From a candidate division WOR-3 bacterium (GTDB taxonomy: Bacteria; Hydrothermota; Tepidihabitantia; SM23-42): a stretch of DNA of 64,000 nt. The position numbers were made by a program, and so were the translations under genes. Below the pieces are notes generated by a model. That model was not told where the DNA came from and did not search any database. It was given only the letters and a program-made list of their open reading frames with translations. This document shows positions 9,075 through 17,951 of this stretch, in pieces (position 1 is the first letter of the stretch; each line of letters begins with the position of its first letter). The DNA lies in NCBI GenBank assembly GCA_020355325.1, contig CP070664.1, positions 2,589,189 through 2,653,188 on the forward strand. The letters are read 5' to 3'.

Positions 9075-9557
9075 ATGGATATAAAGATGATCAAAATTGA
9101 ACCACCCGAAGGAGTAAATATGATATGTGGTCAAACCCATTTTATAAAAACTGCCGAGGACTTGTTTGAAGCACTGATGAATGCCTCTGCAGGGATAAAA
9201 TTTGGTTTGGCATTTTGTGAGGCATCGGGTCCCTGCTTAGTACGCTACGAAGGGAATGACGGTGAGTTGACCAATCTTGCAAAGGCCACTGCATATAAAA
9301 TTGGGGCCGGGCACTTCTTCATTGTTTTTATTAAAGATGCATTTCCTATTAATGTGCTCGATAGGGTCAAAGCCTGTCCAGAAATTCTCAACATCTTCTG
9401 TGCAACTGCTAATCCTGTTGAAGTTTTATACGTTGAAAGTGAACAGGGACGTGGAGTCGTTGGCGTCATTGATGGCTACTCCGTAAAGGGTATTGAAGAC
9501 GATAAGGCAAAAAAAGAACGCCATGAGTTCTTAAGAAAAATAGGGTATAAGTTATAA
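9075..9557 (+). CDS. adenosine-specific kinase family protein (DUF355-like)
   Basis: Track ORF is 8985..9557. I take the ATG at 9075, preceded by aaaggag. The sequence resembles the archaeal-type adenosine-specific kinase family, recognised from memory. Confidence 0.5.
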   Translation: MDIKMIKIEPPEGVNMICGQTHFIKTAEDLFEALMNASAGIKFGLAFCEASGPCLVRYEGNDGELTNLAKATAYKIGAGHFFIVFIKDAFPINVLDRVKACPEILNIFCATANPVEVLYVESEQGRGVVGVIDGYSVKGIEDDKAKKERHEFLRKIGYKL

Positions 9558-9613
9558 AATAATATTTTCTTTATGAAAATGCTGCTGTATGCTGAAACCA
9601 AGTATGCTGAAAC

Positions 9614-10589
9614 CAGGCGTCCACTTTTGTCTACTTTTCAATTTTTTTCATTACCTCTTGCTGGCTTCGCAGCGCGTTGATTACCGTCATCGGTGATATC
9701 CTAAATATCCGAGCAACGCGACGATATGACAGACCATAGTCATTGACCAAGATGTGAAATACCTGGTGACGAGCATACTTCTCAACCCTACCTACAGGAT
9801 CTAATACTATTCTCTCATCAATGCCTAAGCGCTTACTAATCTTCTTGATTAAATCAGCAAAATCTTTATTCTTTAAATCCTCTGCCTCGACCACTTCTTT
9901 TTTGTGCGTATGTTCAAACCGTTTGATAAAAGCTCTGTTGCCAACAACCTCTCCTGATTGCGATTTAGCCCAATTTACAGGACCATCTTCGATACCTAAA
10001 ACAAAAGATTCATAATATCTAAAAATCTTCTGCCCAGAACCGAATTGTTCCCAAATCAACTCTGGTCGCAAAAAACCTGCAGGTGCTAAACCGATATATG
10101 CCCGATAACTCGTCCAGGGATAATCCCGTGGATTTGCCACAAGCCCTGCTTCTACTGCCTGACGGTGGATATACCTGGTTAACCACAAACCATAGTTATT
10201 TGCCTGCACGATTCTGTTGTTAAACCGCTCACCAAATACGTGACCAATCCGCTTTGTATCTTTATTAAAAAACCTCGCATACTCGCCATGGAGATTATTC
10301 ATGAACTCAGAAAGCTTTCCATATTTATCATAGATAAATAAGTGAATATGCCATTCCATGAGTGCATAAGCAATGGCAGCAATATCATATCGTAGACTAA
10401 ATAATTCTAGGTAAGCAAGATATTTTTCATAATGTGACTCGCCTTTGAAAATTGGATGGCGGTCATTACCCCAGGCATAGATATGATGGTATAATCTATC
10501 TCCCTTCAGGCGTGGTTTCTTCGGCATGCGTTATTATAAAAATAATAACGCAGATGTCAATATTAAAAGTATACAAAAGTGGACGCCTG
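9614..10589 (-). mobile_element. RayT/IS200-like (Y1 HUH) transposase gene bracketed by perfect 17-bp inverted repeats
   Basis: caggcgtccacttttgt at 9614-9630 and its exact reverse complement at 10573-10589 flank the CDS. Confidence 0.6.
9631..10527 (-). CDS. REP-associated/IS200-like tyrosine transposase with C-terminal DnaA-C-like HTH
   Basis: 298 aa. HUH motif EWHIHLFIY. DYPWTSYRAY Tyr region. C-terminal HTH-like segment LSYRRVARIFRISPMTV. Confidence 0.7.
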   Translation of the reverse strand: MPKKPRLKGDRLYHHIYAWGNDRHPIFKGESHYEKYLAYLELFSLRYDIAAIAYALMEWHIHLFIYDKYGKLSEFMNNLHGEYARFFNKDTKRIGHVFGERFNNRIVQANNYGLWLTRYIHRQAVEAGLVANPRDYPWTSYRAYIGLAPAGFLRPELIWEQFGSGQKIFRYYESFVLGIEDGPVNWAKSQSGEVVGNRAFIKRFEHTHKKEVVEAEDLKNKDFADLIKKISKRLGIDERIVLDPVGRVEKYARHQVFHILVNDYGLSYRRVARIFRISPMTVINALRSQQEVMKKIEK

Positions 10590-10632
10590 CCCCCCTAAGT
10601 CTGTTTTAGTATTATCGAGGGTGTAAAATTGA

Positions 10633-10666
10633 TTTTCTAAAGAGCGGGCATAGTTTGTGCCCGCTC
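10633..10666 (-). terminator. putative intrinsic terminator of asnA
   Basis: Minus strand reads gagcgggca-caaacta-tgcccgctc followed by tttagaaaa. It lies 29 nt after the asnA stop. Confidence 0.5.
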
Positions 10667-10694
10667 CATTCGATAGGTACAGGTATAATCTTTT

Positions 10695-11834
10695 TCACTC
10701 AAGGACATGTATGTTTCGTTTGGAACAAATGTCTTTGAGGGCCCTGGGCCACACTGTGACACTAACCTCACCAAGATGAGCAGTTCTCAGGAGATACATG
10801 TATGTTCGGGACTGTCCAATACCGCCACCGATGCTTAAGGGGATTTCATCATTCATAATTTTTTTATGATACGGTAGGTTTAGACTTTCCATCTGACCAG
10901 CCATCTCGAGTTGTTTTACCAGAGTTTCCTTGTTGACACGGATACCCATAGATGTCAACTCATGGCGCCGACGGGTAATTGGATTCCATACGAGGATGTC
11001 GCCGTTAAGACCGTGTGTTTGCTTGCCAGTCGCTTTCGAAGTGTCAGTGATCCAGTCATCATAGTCAGCCGCGCGCATCTCATGTGGGTAACCGTCCTTG
11101 AGTGGCCAGCCTATGCCGATGATAAAAATGGCTGGATACCGCTGCAATACTTCTGTCTCGCGCTGTTTTCTAGGTAGGTCAGGATACATTTCCAAGATAT
11201 CCTCCGCATGCAGGAAGGTAAGCTCCTCGGGGATTTCGGGATACTTATCAGTCTTGAGTTCTGGGAATTTTTCTTGTGCGAGTTTTCCAGCGCCATAGAT
11301 AACCTTCCAAATCTTTTTTACCACATCCTTGAGATAGTCTAAATTGCGCTGGTTTTCGGTTATTACCTGTTCCCAATCCCATTGGTCTACATAGGAACTG
11401 TGGTCATGGTCTAAAAAATAATCTTTACGTACTGCACGCATGTCTGTGCAGATACCTTCACCAACTCTGCAGTCAAATAGTCTCAGAGCCGGTCTTTTCC
11501 ATTTGGTCGCAGCCTGTACAACCTGCACATTAAGCGGGTTTTTAAGACCCAGTCCGCAGGGAAATTCAATGGGTGTGCGTGAACCATCGCGGTCGAGCAT
11601 GTCATTAATCCCACTCTCACGTTCAACTATTAAAGGAACCTGAACCATCTGAAGATTCAATTCTTTACACAAATTCTTTTCAATATAATCTTTGATCAAG
11701 AAAAGAGCTTTCATCCGAACCATTGGTGTCTGTAAAGGTTTGTAGTCACGGGGGAGTATTTTTTCTACTTCCTCATAGGTGCTTATACCCGGTCCAGCAA
11801 GGTCTGCTTTCTTATCGTACTTCTTGTTCGCCAT
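10695..11834 (-). CDS. asnA: aspartate--ammonia ligase (asparagine synthetase A)
   Basis: Matches remembered AsnA motifs: VDQWDWE, LNGDILVWNP, SMGIRV, GGGIGQSR. Start taken at the ATG at 11834, after GGAGG (the track ORF extends to 11909). Confidence 0.85.
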   Translation of the reverse strand: MANKKYDKKADLAGPGISTYEEVEKILPRDYKPLQTPMVRMKALFLIKDYIEKNLCKELNLQMVQVPLIVERESGINDMLDRDGSRTPIEFPCGLGLKNPLNVQVVQAATKWKRPALRLFDCRVGEGICTDMRAVRKDYFLDHDHSSYVDQWDWEQVITENQRNLDYLKDVVKKIWKVIYGAGKLAQEKFPELKTDKYPEIPEELTFLHAEDILEMYPDLPRKQRETEVLQRYPAIFIIGIGWPLKDGYPHEMRAADYDDWITDTSKATGKQTHGLNGDILVWNPITRRRHELTSMGIRVNKETLVKQLEMAGQMESLNLPYHKKIMNDEIPLSIGGGIGQSRTYMYLLRTAHLGEVSVTVWPRALKDICSKRNIHVLE

Positions 11835-12046
11835 TGTTTTTTCCTCCTTCTTAACTTTTAAGTGATAATAACCTTTGAAACAGAATGCCATTTGAACCAA
11901 AAAACGCATTTGCCATACATACGCACATTATTATCTTCATAAATATCTAAAAGTCAAGACGAAACGTGCCGTTTCTGATTACAGCGATAAATGGTATGAA
12001 ATGAAATCATCGTAATTTCATACGAGCGCAGTGATTACCTCCATAA

Positions 12047-12074
12047 TTGACAAACCTTCACAACAAGCTATAAT
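12047..12074 (+). promoter_or_regulatory. sigma70-type promoter, leaderless configuration, for rfbD
   Basis: TTGACA 12047-12052, N16, TATAAT 12069-12074. The ATG at 12081 follows after 6 nt. Confidence 0.6.
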
Positions 12075-12080
12075 ACGGAA

Positions 12081-12929
12081 ATGAAGGTTTTGATTACTGG
12101 TGCTCATGGAGCATTAGGGAGGGAGATGCAAGACCTTCTGCGTAAAGAGAAGGTTAATTTTCTCCCTACTGATTTAAATCAGCTTGACGTTACAGATTTT
12201 AAAAAAACAAATGAAGTGGTACTCAAATATCACCCCGATGTTATTCTCCATTTTGCTGCAATCAGTGATGTCGATACGTGTGAGGAGAATTGCGAAATGG
12301 CTTTCAGTGTGAACGCGTCGGGTAGCTTGGGGTTGGCAATTATTGCAAAAAAAATTGGAGCCAAGATTCTCTATACAGGTACAAACTTTGTTTTTGATGG
12401 TAATAGCGAAGCACCCTATTTTGAATACAGTGAACCTAATCCCATCAATGAGTACGGCAGAACCAAATTACTGGGTGAACAGTATATACGAGAAATTTGT
12501 GATCACTATTTTATTGTACGAACATCATGGCTCTTTGGGAAAAATTCTAAAAATTTTATACCGAAATTCGTTCTTTCTGAACACAAACCACAGTCGATCG
12601 ATGCCATATGTGATCTTTTTGCTTCATTTACGTATATACCTGATTTAGCCGAGACGATTTTTCTCTTAATGAAGTCAGAGAACTATGGTATCTTCCATAT
12701 CGTGAATAGAGGAATTGGTTCTTGGCTCGATTTTGCTTTGAAGGCGAAAGGGTTGATGAAATTGAAAACCGAGATTAGACCGATAAAGGTGGAAGAATTA
12801 CACCTGCGAGCTCGGCGTCCTCGATTTACACCGCTTGCTTCAAAGAACTTTGAGTTTCTATTCGATAAAAATATGCGTACCTGGGAGAGTGCACTCAGTG
12901 AGTTTATTAAATCGATATCCAGTAAATAA
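12081..12929 (+). CDS. rfbD: dTDP-4-dehydrorhamnose reductase
   Basis: 282 aa. ITGAHGALG Rossmann motif. RmlD-like length, within an rml gene cluster. Confidence 0.8.
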   Translation: MKVLITGAHGALGREMQDLLRKEKVNFLPTDLNQLDVTDFKKTNEVVLKYHPDVILHFAAISDVDTCEENCEMAFSVNASGSLGLAIIAKKIGAKILYTGTNFVFDGNSEAPYFEYSEPNPINEYGRTKLLGEQYIREICDHYFIVRTSWLFGKNSKNFIPKFVLSEHKPQSIDAICDLFASFTYIPDLAETIFLLMKSENYGIFHIVNRGIGSWLDFALKAKGLMKLKTEIRPIKVEELHLRARRPRFTPLASKNFEFLFDKNMRTWESALSEFIKSISSK

Positions 12930-12947
12930 GGCATGTATCATCGAATC

Positions 12948-12975
12948 TTGACTTTCGATATAATATCCTTATAAT
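12948..12975 (+). promoter_or_regulatory. sigma70-type promoter, near-leaderless, for thymidylyltransferase gene
   Basis: TTGACT 12948-12953, N16, TATAAT 12970-12975. The ATG follows after 9 nt with no SD. Confidence 0.5.
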
Positions 12976-12984
12976 CCATTAAAA

Positions 12985-14052
12985 ATGAGAGGATTAATAC
13001 TATCAGGTGGATTTGGCACACGCTTGAGACCGCTCACCTATACTGGAGCAAAGCAGCTTATTCCTGTTGCCAACAAACCGATTATCTTTTACGGCATTGA
13101 AGCCTTAGTCGATGCTGGAATAAAAGAAATCGGTATCGTGATCGGCGATACTGCTGAGGAAGTAAAGAATACAGTTGGTAATGGTGAGCGGTGGAATATT
13201 ACGATTACGTATATTCCTCAAGAGGCGCCTTTAGGCCTTGCACATGCAATAAAAATATCAAAAAATTTTCTCAAAGATGAACCATTTATAATGTATCTTG
13301 GTGATAATTTGTTAAAACAGGGTGTGTATGATCTCGTGAAGTTATTTAAAAACAAAAAACCGAATGCATTAATACTGCTCACCGAAGTAGCGAATCCTCA
13401 AGAATTTGGTGTGGCTGTCGTTGACGAAAAAGGCATTGTAAAAAAATTGATAGAAAAACCAAAAGAACCTCCATCCAACTTTGCCCTCGTCGGAGTCTAC
13501 CTTTTTGACGAAGTAATATTTCAGGCAGTCGAGCACTTAAAACCGTCATGGCGTAATGAATTAGAAATTACTGATGCAATTCAGTGGTTGTTGGATAACG
13601 GCTTCAATGTTGAGTCTCAAATCGTGAAGGGATGGTGGAAGGATACTGGTAAACCAGATGATATTATTGATGCAAATTTATTGGTTCTCGAAGATATTAA
13701 GTCTTCGAACAAGGGCACGTTGATAGATTCAACGATTCATGGTCGTGTAGAAATCGCAGAGGGTGCAATAATAGAAAAAAGTATTATTCGGGGACCGGCA
13801 ATTATCGGAATGAACGCCAAAGTAAGTCATGCATACATTGGTCCATTCTCGTCAATTGGTGACAATGTCGTGATAGAAAATTCTGAAATTGAATGTAGTG
13901 TCATAATGGAGGGAGCCAAAATTAATAATCTCGAAAAGAGAATCGACCGCTCAATAGTTGGAAAAAATGTCGTTATCAATCAAACCGACCATTCACCAAG
14001 GACACATAAATTTATTTTAGGTGACCAGAGTTATGTGCAAATCATAAAATGA
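12985..14052 (+). CDS. rfbA: glucose-1-phosphate thymidylyltransferase, long form with C-terminal left-handed beta-helix
   Basis: 355 aa. LSGGFGTRLRPLT nucleotidyltransferase motif. C-terminal hexapeptide-like repeats. Confidence 0.8.
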   Translation: MRGLILSGGFGTRLRPLTYTGAKQLIPVANKPIIFYGIEALVDAGIKEIGIVIGDTAEEVKNTVGNGERWNITITYIPQEAPLGLAHAIKISKNFLKDEPFIMYLGDNLLKQGVYDLVKLFKNKKPNALILLTEVANPQEFGVAVVDEKGIVKKLIEKPKEPPSNFALVGVYLFDEVIFQAVEHLKPSWRNELEITDAIQWLLDNGFNVESQIVKGWWKDTGKPDDIIDANLLVLEDIKSSNKGTLIDSTIHGRVEIAEGAIIEKSIIRGPAIIGMNAKVSHAYIGPFSSIGDNVVIENSEIECSVIMEGAKINNLEKRIDRSIVGKNVVINQTDHSPRTHKFILGDQSYVQIIK

Positions 14053-14504
14053 TTGACGGCGTGACGGTTAAACAGTTAAGGTTGATTCCCGATGAGCGCG
14101 GCAGACTCATGGAATTAGTGAGGGCTGATGATAAAGATTTTACCAAATTTGGTCAGGTTTACATGACCACTGCGTATCCATGCGTCGTTAAAGCATGGCA
14201 CTACCATAAGCTTCAAGACGATCGTATGACGGTACTGAAGGGAATGGCAAAGGTTGTGCTCTACGATGATCGTGAGGGTAGCCCAACGCGGGGCGAAATA
14301 AATGAATTCTTTGTAGGAGATCACAACCATATATTGATACTTATCCCAAAATTAGTATGGCACGGCTTTAAATGTATTAGCGAGGATGAAGCGATTATTG
14401 TTAATATCGTGAGCGAATGCTACAATTATGAACAGCCCGACGAGTATCGCAAACCTCCACATGGTTCAGATATTCCCTATGACTGGTCACGTACGGACGG
14501 CTAA
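14049..14504 (+). CDS. rfbC: dTDP-4-dehydrorhamnose 3,5-epimerase (short cupin form)
   Basis: 151 aa. DERG, WHYH and HGF elements of RmlC-type cupins. 4-nt overlap with rfbA. Confidence 0.75.
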   Translation: MIDGVTVKQLRLIPDERGRLMELVRADDKDFTKFGQVYMTTAYPCVVKAWHYHKLQDDRMTVLKGMAKVVLYDDREGSPTRGEINEFFVGDHNHILILIPKLVWHGFKCISEDEAIIVNIVSECYNYEQPDEYRKPPHGSDIPYDWSRTDG

Positions 14505-14522
14505 TCGACAGTTATTCGTGTA

Positions 14523-15545
14523 ATGAAAGTTCTCATCACTGGTGGATGCGGATTTATCGGTTCAAATTTCATCAGATACTTCAACACAAAGCATCCTTAT
14601 TATAAAATCTTAAATGTCGATAAACTTACTTATGCTGGTAATCTCGAAAACTTAAAAGGTATTGAACGAAAAAGAAATTATCGATTCATAAAAGCCGATA
14701 TCAGTAATACGAAGGTAATGAAGAACTGTTTTGAGAAATTCCGTCCAGATGCAGTCATTAACTTTGCTGCAGAAACACATGTCGACCGTAGTATTGTTGG
14801 TCCTTCCCCATTTATCAAGACAAATTTCTTGGGTGTTGGTGTCTTGCTCAATCTTGCCCTCAGATTTCAAATTAAGAAATTTCTTCAGATCTCAACAGAT
14901 GAAGTATATGGTTCGATTCTTCGGGGAAGCTTCACCGAGCATAGTCCTCTTAATCCGTCGAGTCCCTATGCCGCGAGTAAGGCCGCGGCCGATGCCTTGG
15001 TTATGGCTTATTATAGAACACACGGATTGCCGGTGCTTATAACCCGGTCGTCAAACAACTATGGGCCATACCAGTTTCCTGAGAAACTTATTCCGCTGAC
15101 AATCATTAACGCCCTCAACAACAAGAAAATTCCACTGTATGGAGATGGTAAGAACGTTAGGGACTGGCTCAGTGTTGAAGATAATTGTGAGGCGATCGAC
15201 ATTGTTTTCCAGAAGGGGTCTATTGGCGAGACATATAACGTCGGTGGAGAAAATGAACTAACGAATATTTATATTGTAAGAAAAATATTAAAGATTCTCA
15301 ATAAGAGTGAGTCTCTTATTACCTTTGTGAAAGACCGTCCTGGCCACGACCGTAGATACTCATTATCATTGAGTAAAATAAGAAGACAACTTGACTGGCA
15401 TCCGACAACATCTTTCAGAAAAGGGATGGATAAAACGATCGACTGGTACCGTAAGCATCAGAAATGGCTGAGGAATTGCCAGACTGGTGAATATCGCACA
15501 TTCTACAGAAAGCACTATTCAAAATTAGGTTTACAGGAATTTTGA
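14523..15545 (+). CDS. rfbB: dTDP-glucose 4,6-dehydratase
   Basis: 340 aa. TGGCGFIGSN, STDEVYG and YAASKAA motifs. Confidence 0.9.
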   Translation: MKVLITGGCGFIGSNFIRYFNTKHPYYKILNVDKLTYAGNLENLKGIERKRNYRFIKADISNTKVMKNCFEKFRPDAVINFAAETHVDRSIVGPSPFIKTNFLGVGVLLNLALRFQIKKFLQISTDEVYGSILRGSFTEHSPLNPSSPYAASKAAADALVMAYYRTHGLPVLITRSSNNYGPYQFPEKLIPLTIINALNNKKIPLYGDGKNVRDWLSVEDNCEAIDIVFQKGSIGETYNVGGENELTNIYIVRKILKILNKSESLITFVKDRPGHDRRYSLSLSKIRRQLDWHPTTSFRKGMDKTIDWYRKHQKWLRNCQTGEYRTFYRKHYSKLGLQEF

Positions 15546-15615
15546 AACGCCAGACCGCGAGGTAGTTCTACAGATAACAAATAAATATTCCTCATTGCTC
15601 AAATAAGTATAGTTG

Positions 15616-15643
15616 TTGACACCACTGGAATTGTCGGTATAAT
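15616..15643 (+). promoter_or_regulatory. sigma70-type promoter for tRNA-Lys
   Basis: TTGACA 15616-15621, N16, TATAAT 15638-15643. The mature tRNA 5' G at 15651 is 7 nt after the -10 box. Confidence 0.6.
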
Positions 15644-15650
15644 ATGGTGA

Positions 15651-15723
15651 GGGTCGTTAGCTCAGTTGGTAGAGCATCGGATTTTTAATCCGGTGGCCGC
15701 AGGTTCGAATCCTGCACGACCCA
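15651..15723 (+). tRNA. tRNA-Lys (anticodon TTT)
   Basis: Manual fold gives GGGTCGT acceptor, D arm GCTC/GAGC, anticodon stem TCGGA/TCCGG with loop TTTTTAA, and T arm GCAGG-TTCGAAT-CCTGC. Confidence 0.9.
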
Positions 15724-15882
15724 TCTATGTTGTTTGGCAAATTTATAATGATCATAAGTATGCTTGAAGTATTTCGAAAAAATAGAACTTTAATCTTGGA
15801 TGTCCTGAAATTTAAAGCACTAAATTCTAAATCCCAAATAAATTCAAAATTCAAATTTATAAATACAAAACGTTAATCAGCA

Positions 15883-17325
15883 ATGATAGTAAATTTTATT
15901 CTAACATTCATTTTTTTCGCTCAAACATCAAATATTGTCATGCATTTTTTCTACTCCCCTGACTGTGGACATTGCATGGATATACTTCTTGAAGATATAC
16001 CGAAATTACAGAAGCAGTACTCGTTTCAATTTAAAAAATACGACATCGATATTTTAGCAAATTACGAGCTTCTTGAGCGAATGGAAGAAAACGTAAAAGA
16101 TATTGGAGAAGACCTCCCCGTCATTTTTGTTGGTGATTCGGTTTTTTATGGCCCGGAAGAGGCTCGAGAGAAATTAGGACGCACCCTCGGAGCACTCTCT
16201 GCGCAGTACAGGCAAATAATGAGAGATACCTCCTCTATCATTACTGATTCAATCGTCTCTGCACGTGGCGAAATACATCTTTACTATTTTTATCAAACTG
16301 GCTGCCAAGAGTGTAGTCGACCGGAGATTTTGTTGGCTGCGCTTCAAAAGGAGTATACCGAATTAAAGATTCATAGATTCAATATTCTCGATGATTCGAG
16401 TAAAATTATCTTCGAGGCTTTGGCCGAGAGGAATAATATTCCCCAAAAAGAACGATTCATTGTTCCGGCGATCGTTATTGGTGATGATTATGTAATAAAA
16501 GAGGAAATTACGCTCAAGACTATTAACGCATTATTAAAGAAATATGAAGAAGGCAGTCCTGCAATTGATATAGAAAATGAGAGGGCAGCCGAGCAGAGTA
16601 TTCTGCAGAGATTTTCTCGATTCTCTATCGTGGGCATTATCGTCGCTGGGCTATTGGATGGCGTGAATCCTTGTGCGTTTGCTACCTTAATCTTTTTTGT
16701 GAGCTATTTACTGTTTATTGGTAGACGCCGCAAAGATATCTTTCTCATGGCACTCTTTTTTATCCTCGCGGTATTCCTTACATATTTTGCAATAGGCATT
16801 GGTGCCTATAATTTATTGAAATATTTATCAGGATTCGAAATCATCGCCAAGGTCATTTTTCTAGGATTTGGGGGCATCGCTTTCGTTTTAGGGGTATTGA
16901 GCCTGCGTGATTACGCACTCGCGCGACGTGGCGATTATAACAAAATGATTTTACAACTTCCGCTGGGCATTAAACAACGAATTCATAGAAACGTGAAGGC
17001 AAAATCTGCGGTGGGTGGCATCATATTCGGTTCTCTCTTGGCCGGCTTTATAATTTCCTTTTTAGAATTTGGGTGTACTGGACAGGTTTACTTGCCAACA
17101 ATAACTTTTATAATTTCGAAGGCTGGATTTACGCTGAGACCACTTCTCGCACTCATTGTCTATAATATTATGTTTATCACGCCGCTGGTCGGGATTGCTG
17201 TACTGGCAACACTTTTTTCAACACAAACCGTCGGAAAATCATTAGAGGCAAAAATTCCTTCGATTAAGCTATTTACAGCCTTACTCTTTTTTGCACTCGG
17301 CATTTTGTTGATTCTGTCCGCATGA
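15883..17325 (+). CDS. two thioredoxin-like domains fused to a CcdA/DsbD-family transmembrane thiol:disulfide transporter
   Basis: 480 aa. CGHC and CQEC motifs in two Trx-like modules. TM domain has LLDGVNPCAF and a second Cys at EFGCTGQ. Confidence 0.6.
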   Translation: MIVNFILTFIFFAQTSNIVMHFFYSPDCGHCMDILLEDIPKLQKQYSFQFKKYDIDILANYELLERMEENVKDIGEDLPVIFVGDSVFYGPEEAREKLGRTLGALSAQYRQIMRDTSSIITDSIVSARGEIHLYYFYQTGCQECSRPEILLAALQKEYTELKIHRFNILDDSSKIIFEALAERNNIPQKERFIVPAIVIGDDYVIKEEITLKTINALLKKYEEGSPAIDIENERAAEQSILQRFSRFSIVGIIVAGLLDGVNPCAFATLIFFVSYLLFIGRRRKDIFLMALFFILAVFLTYFAIGIGAYNLLKYLSGFEIIAKVIFLGFGGIAFVLGVLSLRDYALARRGDYNKMILQLPLGIKQRIHRNVKAKSAVGGIIFGSLLAGFIISFLEFGCTGQVYLPTITFIISKAGFTLRPLLALIVYNIMFITPLVGIAVLATLFSTQTVGKSLEAKIPSIKLFTALLFFALGILLILSA

Positions 17326-17771
17326 AGAAAATTGCGTTGATCATCATTGGTGTTGTTATCGTGATTATGATAATGAGACTTATGCCAAGTGAAAAAGATC
17401 GTCTTAAGCGGAACATCTATTCTTTACGAGATGCTGTGGAACGAGAAGAAAAGACCCTGGTTTTACAGTATATTGATGAAGCCTATCTGGATCGGTATAA
17501 TACTGTGTACGAAGAATTGATAGTGAGTATCGACGATTTCTTTAAAGCATTCGATTCAATCAGGGTTGTGATGAGTGGCTTAAATGTGAAGATTGATTCA
17601 ACCGATGCCCAGAAGACCATTTTTGCAAGCTGCAGTTTAGGGTTGAAAGTTTTTGCACGTTATGAGGGCGAGAGGGCACTCGTCTTTGGTGGTATAATAA
17701 AACCAGACCCGGTACGTGCCTATTTTAAAAAATCAGGAGAACACTACAGAATCTACGCTGCTGAATATTAA
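17322..17771 (+). CDS. membrane-anchored hypothetical protein
   Basis: 149 aa. N-terminal TM helix. 4-nt overlap (ATGA) with the CcdA-fusion gene. Confidence 0.5.
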   Translation: MKKIALIIIGVVIVIMIMRLMPSEKDRLKRNIYSLRDAVEREEKTLVLQYIDEAYLDRYNTVYEELIVSIDDFFKAFDSIRVVMSGLNVKIDSTDAQKTIFASCSLGLKVFARYEGERALVFGGIIKPDPVRAYFKKSGEHYRIYAAEY

Positions 17772-17917
17772 CCATAACTCAGTATATTCATTTCTCAATT
17801 TCAGAGGGTGGTATTCCATAAAAAATGGCTCTCAACAAAATTTTGCACGTCTGGTCATGTGAGGGCGGGAAAAAGGGTAACGATTGTATAGTAATTGTAA
17901 ACGTAATCATCAATTCA

Positions 17918-17945
17918 TTGACAAGAAGAGAAAATGTGGTATAAT
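17918..17945 (+). promoter_or_regulatory. sigma70-type promoter with extended -10, leaderless configuration, for ileS
   Basis: TTGACA 17918-17923, N16, TGgTATAAT ending 17945. The ATG at 17952 follows after 6 nt. Confidence 0.6.
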
Positions 17946-17951
17946 ACAGAC

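Noticed and set aside
11835-11940. A ~95-nt asnA leader as a riboswitch or attenuator
   Set aside because: Only a weak 5-bp hairpin next to a T-run was found. I recognised no conserved riboswitch architecture, and the promoter assignment (TTGACT-N16-GATAAT) is itself tentative.
17772-17951. T-box or other riboswitch leader upstream of ileS (and leuS at 61984..62013)
   Set aside because: The consensus promoter ends 6 nt before the ileS ATG, and only 30 nt precede leuS. There is no room for a T-box-sized leader.
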